From Trueperaceae bacterium (GTDB lineage: Bacteria > Deinococcota > Deinococci > Deinococcales > Trueperaceae): DNA of 64,000 nt. A program made the position numbers and the translations under genes. The stretch covers positions 1 to 64,000 of the forward strand of contig JAXHNB010000005.1 in NCBI GenBank assembly GCA_034520945.1, given 5' to 3'. Of this stretch, positions 61,303 to 64,000 are shown one piece after another (position 1 is the first letter of the stretch; the number at the start of each line of letters is the position of its first letter). Under the pieces are notes generated by a model. The model saw only the letters and a program-made list of their open reading frames with translations, was not told the DNA's origin and made no database searches.

Positions 61303-62706
61303 GTGGCAACCGAATTCAAACTGCCCGAAGTCGGCGAAGGCATCGAGGGCGGCACGGTGGTGTCGGTCCTGGTGAGCGTCGGCGACCGCGTCGAGGTGGA
61401 CCAGCCCGTCGTCGAGCTCGAGACCGACAAGGCCGTCGTCGAGGTGCCGTCCTCGCTGGCGGGCGTGGTCGAGAGCCTCGCCGTCGCCGAAGGCGAAGAG
61501 GCGGCCGTCGGCTCGGTCCTCATGACGATCGACGAGCAGGCCGACGGCGCCGCCGCCGCCGCCGCCGACGCCGAAGACGAGACCGAGGCCGCAGGCGCCG
61601 ACGCCGAACCGGCCGCACCGGCCGAGGAGGCCGAGGCGCAGCGCACGTCCCAGGAGGCGTCGCCGGCCGCCGGGGGCGGCGCCGATGGGGACGGGGCGAG
61701 GCGCGCCCCCGCCGGTGGGGGCGACGCCGCGAGCGCTTCGGACGAAGCGGCCGGCGACGCCGGCGAAGCGCGGCCGATGGGGCTCCTGCCCGCCGCCCCG
61801 AGCGTGCGCCGTCTGGCGCGCGAGGTGGGGGTCGACCTGCGGGCCGTGCAGGGCTCCGGCATCCTGGGGCGGATCTCGGCCGAGGACGTACGCGCCTTCG
61901 CCGAAGGGCGCACGCCGGGACGAGCACCCGCGCAGGCACCGGCCGCCCCGGCGGGCGGCGGCGTGCCGGCACCGTCGTTGCCCGACTTTTCCAAATGGGG
62001 CCCCACCGAACGCGTCGCCATGTCCGGCATCCGCAAGGCCACGGTGCGCTCGATGCGGCAAGCGTGGGCGACCGTGCCGATGGTCACCCACTTCGACAAG
62101 GCCGACATCACCGAGTTCGAATCGCTGCGCAAGCGCTACCAACCCCGTGCCGAGGCGATGGGCACCAAGCTCACCCCCACCGCGATGCTGGTCAAGATCG
62201 TCGCCGCGGCCCTCCGCAAGTTCCCGGCCTTCAACGCCTCCATCGACACCGAGGCCGAGGAGGTCGTCTACAAGAAGTACGTGAACATCGGCGTGGCCGT
62301 CGACACCGAGCACGGACTGCTGGTCCCCGTCATCCGCGACGCGGACGCCAAGAACATGCTGCAGCTGGCCGCCGAGTTGGGCGAGCTGGCCGAGCGGGCG
62401 CGCGACCGCAAGCTGTCGCCCGACGAGATGCAGGGGGGCAACTTCAGCGTCAGCAACCTGGGCGGGATCGGCGGGACCGGCTTCACGCCGATCGTGAACC
62501 CCCCCGACGTCGCCATCCTCGGCGTGTCGCGCGGCGGGTACGAGCCGGTGTGGGACCGCGAGGCCGAAACGTTCGTGCCGCGCATGATGATGCCCCTGTC
62601 GGTCACCTACGACCACCGGCTGATCGACGGCGCCAGCGCGGCCCGCTTCCTGCGTTGGGTGTGCCGGGCGGTCGAGGAGCCGTTCCTGATGAGCCTGGAA
62701 GGCTGA
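61303..62706 (+). CDS. aceF: Dihydrolipoamide acetyltransferase E2
   Basis: One lipoyl domain (ETDKA), E3-binding domain, DHRLIDG. Confidence 0.93.
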   Translation: MATEFKLPEVGEGIEGGTVVSVLVSVGDRVEVDQPVVELETDKAVVEVPSSLAGVVESLAVAEGEEAAVGSVLMTIDEQADGAAAAAADAEDETEAAGADAEPAAPAEEAEAQRTSQEASPAAGGGADGDGARRAPAGGGDAASASDEAAGDAGEARPMGLLPAAPSVRRLAREVGVDLRAVQGSGILGRISAEDVRAFAEGRTPGRAPAQAPAAPAGGGVPAPSLPDFSKWGPTERVAMSGIRKATVRSMRQAWATVPMVTHFDKADITEFESLRKRYQPRAEAMGTKLTPTAMLVKIVAAALRKFPAFNASIDTEAEEVVYKKYVNIGVAVDTEHGLLVPVIRDADAKNMLQLAAELGELAERARDRKLSPDEMQGGNFSVSNLGGIGGTGFTPIVNPPDVAILGVSRGGYEPVWDREAETFVPRMMMPLSVTYDHRLIDGASAARFLRWVCRAVEEPFLMSLEG

Positions 62707-62773
62707 GCCCCGTCCGCGCTGCGCGATCCGGCGCGTGAATGATTCTCACCTCGGCGTGATAGCATGCCGCGTC

Positions 62774-63559
62774 ATGCCGGCGTTCGCTTCGTCCCTCACG
62801 CACGACGCGCCGGTCCGCCCCGTGGGCGACGGGGGGCGGTCGCTGCGCGCCACGGGCCTGACCAAGCGCTACGGCCGCCGCACCGTGGTGTCGGCGGTCG
62901 ACCTGTCGTTGGACCCGGGCGAGATCGTGGCGTTGCTGGGACCGAACGGCGCCGGCAAGACCACCAGCTTCTACATGATGGTCGGCTTCGTGCGCCCCGA
63001 CCGGGGCCGCATCTACCTGGACGGACGCGACGTCACGCGCTGGCCGATGCACCGCCGGGCGCGCGCGGGCCTGGGCTACCTGGCGCAGGAGGCCAGCGCG
63101 TTTCGGCGCATGAGCGTGCGCGACAACCTGCTGGCCATCCTCGAGTTCCGCGAACCCGAGCGCGAGGTGCGCGAAGCCCGCGCCGACGCGCTGCTGGAAG
63201 AGTTCGGTTTGACCGCCCTCGCGTCGAACCGCGCGGACACCCTCTCGGGCGGAGAACGCCGGCGGCTCGAGATCGCGCGCAGCCTCACCGTCGACCCCGC
63301 CTTCATCCTGCTGGACGAGCCGTTCACGGGCGTCGATCCCAAGTCGATCCGAGAGATCCAGGACCTGGTTCGCGACCTGCGCGAGCGGCGCGGGTTGGGC
63401 GTGTTGCTGACCGACCACAGCGTGCGCGAGACCATCGCCATCGCCGACCGGGTGGTGCTGATGTACGACGGCCGGGTCCGCTTCGACGGCACGCCCGAGG
63501 CGTTCGCCGAGGACGACGACGTGCGCCACACCTACCTCGGTAGCGACTTCCGGCTCTGA
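62774..63559 (+). CDS. lptB: LPS-export-type ABC ATPase
   Basis: [36 protein letters not shown]. Confidence 0.9.
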   Translation: MPAFASSLTHDAPVRPVGDGGRSLRATGLTKRYGRRTVVSAVDLSLDPGEIVALLGPNGAGKTTSFYMMVGFVRPDRGRIYLDGRDVTRWPMHRRARAGLGYLAQEASAFRRMSVRDNLLAILEFREPEREVREARADALLEEFGLTALASNRADTLSGGERRRLEIARSLTVDPAFILLDEPFTGVDPKSIREIQDLVRDLRERRGLGVLLTDHSVRETIAIADRVVLMYDGRVRFDGTPEAFAEDDDVRHTYLGSDFRL

Positions 63560-63635
63560 AGGGGGCACCGGCGATGTTGGCGCCACGGCGCACCCCACCC
63601 GGCCGGTGCGGTGGCGTGAGAGGGGGGCGGCGCGC

Positions 63636-64000
63636 GTGACCTACGTGCTCGGCCTGGTGGTCATGCTGGTGGGGCTGGCGGGCGTGATCGCCTGGGCGGG
63701 CGACCGGCTGGGGACGTGGGCGGGGCGCCACCGCCTGTCGATCCTGGGGGCGCGCCCACGGCGGACCGGACAGCTGATCGGCATCCTGGCGGGGATCGTG
63801 ATCATGTTGACCACGCTCGGGGTGTTGGCGTTTGCGTTTCAGAACGCCACGCAGACGTTGTTGAACGCCCAACGTACGGCGCAGGAGCTCACGCGTTTGC
63901 AAGCCCAGGAGCGTCGGCTGCAGGATCAGGTCGGCCAGCTGGAGTCGGACCTGGACGAGCTGACGGAGCAGTTGGCGGAAGCCCGCGACACGATCCGGGC
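63636..64000 (+). CDS. DUF3084-like protein, runs off the window
   Basis: GVIAWAGDRLGTWAGRHRLSILGARPRRT, then a coiled coil. Confidence 0.75.
   Translation, partial: MTYVLGLVVMLVGLAGVIAWAGDRLGTWAGRHRLSILGARPRRTGQLIGILAGIVIMLTTLGVLAFAFQNATQTLLNAQRTAQELTRLQAQERRLQDQVGQLESDLDELTEQLAEARDTIR

Noticed and set aside
57993..62706. 1379-aa minus-strand ORF, and absence of lpd after aceEF
   Set aside because: The ORF is a shadow of aceE/aceF; E3 is often encoded elsewhere.

Overview
High-GC bacterial chromosome segment, most likely Deinococcota (Truepera/Deinococcus-like). This is inferred from many leaderless TAnnnT-N6-9-start genes, crtI, malQ and the lptB-DUF3084 neighbourhood. About 39.2-64 kb is mostly housekeeping: MoxR/DUF58/kinase, an S8 protease lipoprotein, nucleoside-type ABC permeases, malQ, gabD, crtI, lysA, mtnN, aceE-aceF and lptB. 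About 7.9-39.2 kb is an integration hotspot at a tRNA-Lys/Glu/Val cluster. The 3' half of tRNA-Val(TAC) (37047-37121) is repeated at 11269-11311 and 7893-7939, which delimits two tandem islands. The large one (~25.8 kb) is a satellite/IME-like element. It carries a tyrosine integrase, an XRE repressor, an excisionase, a Prim-Pol and a helicase, with no capsid, terminase or relaxase. Its cargo is a defence cluster (type I R-M, Mrr-like nuclease, PD-(D/E)XK nuclease, a truncated SF2 helicase, a ~1730-aa Avs-like STAND ATPase), several orphan genes and a strongly structured leader RNA. The small island (~3.4 kb) holds an IS110 remnant with a folded upstream RNA, a GGDEF gene and an oxidoreductase. 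A decayed tRNA-Glu copy brackets an HD-GYP gene. At the far left is a ~1620-aa lipoprotein joining four Ig-like domains, ~16 DxDGDG repeats and a segment resembling the pore-forming region of anthrax protective antigen, followed by a secreted Kelch protein and hicAB. All assignments come from reading motifs by eye; no searches were run.
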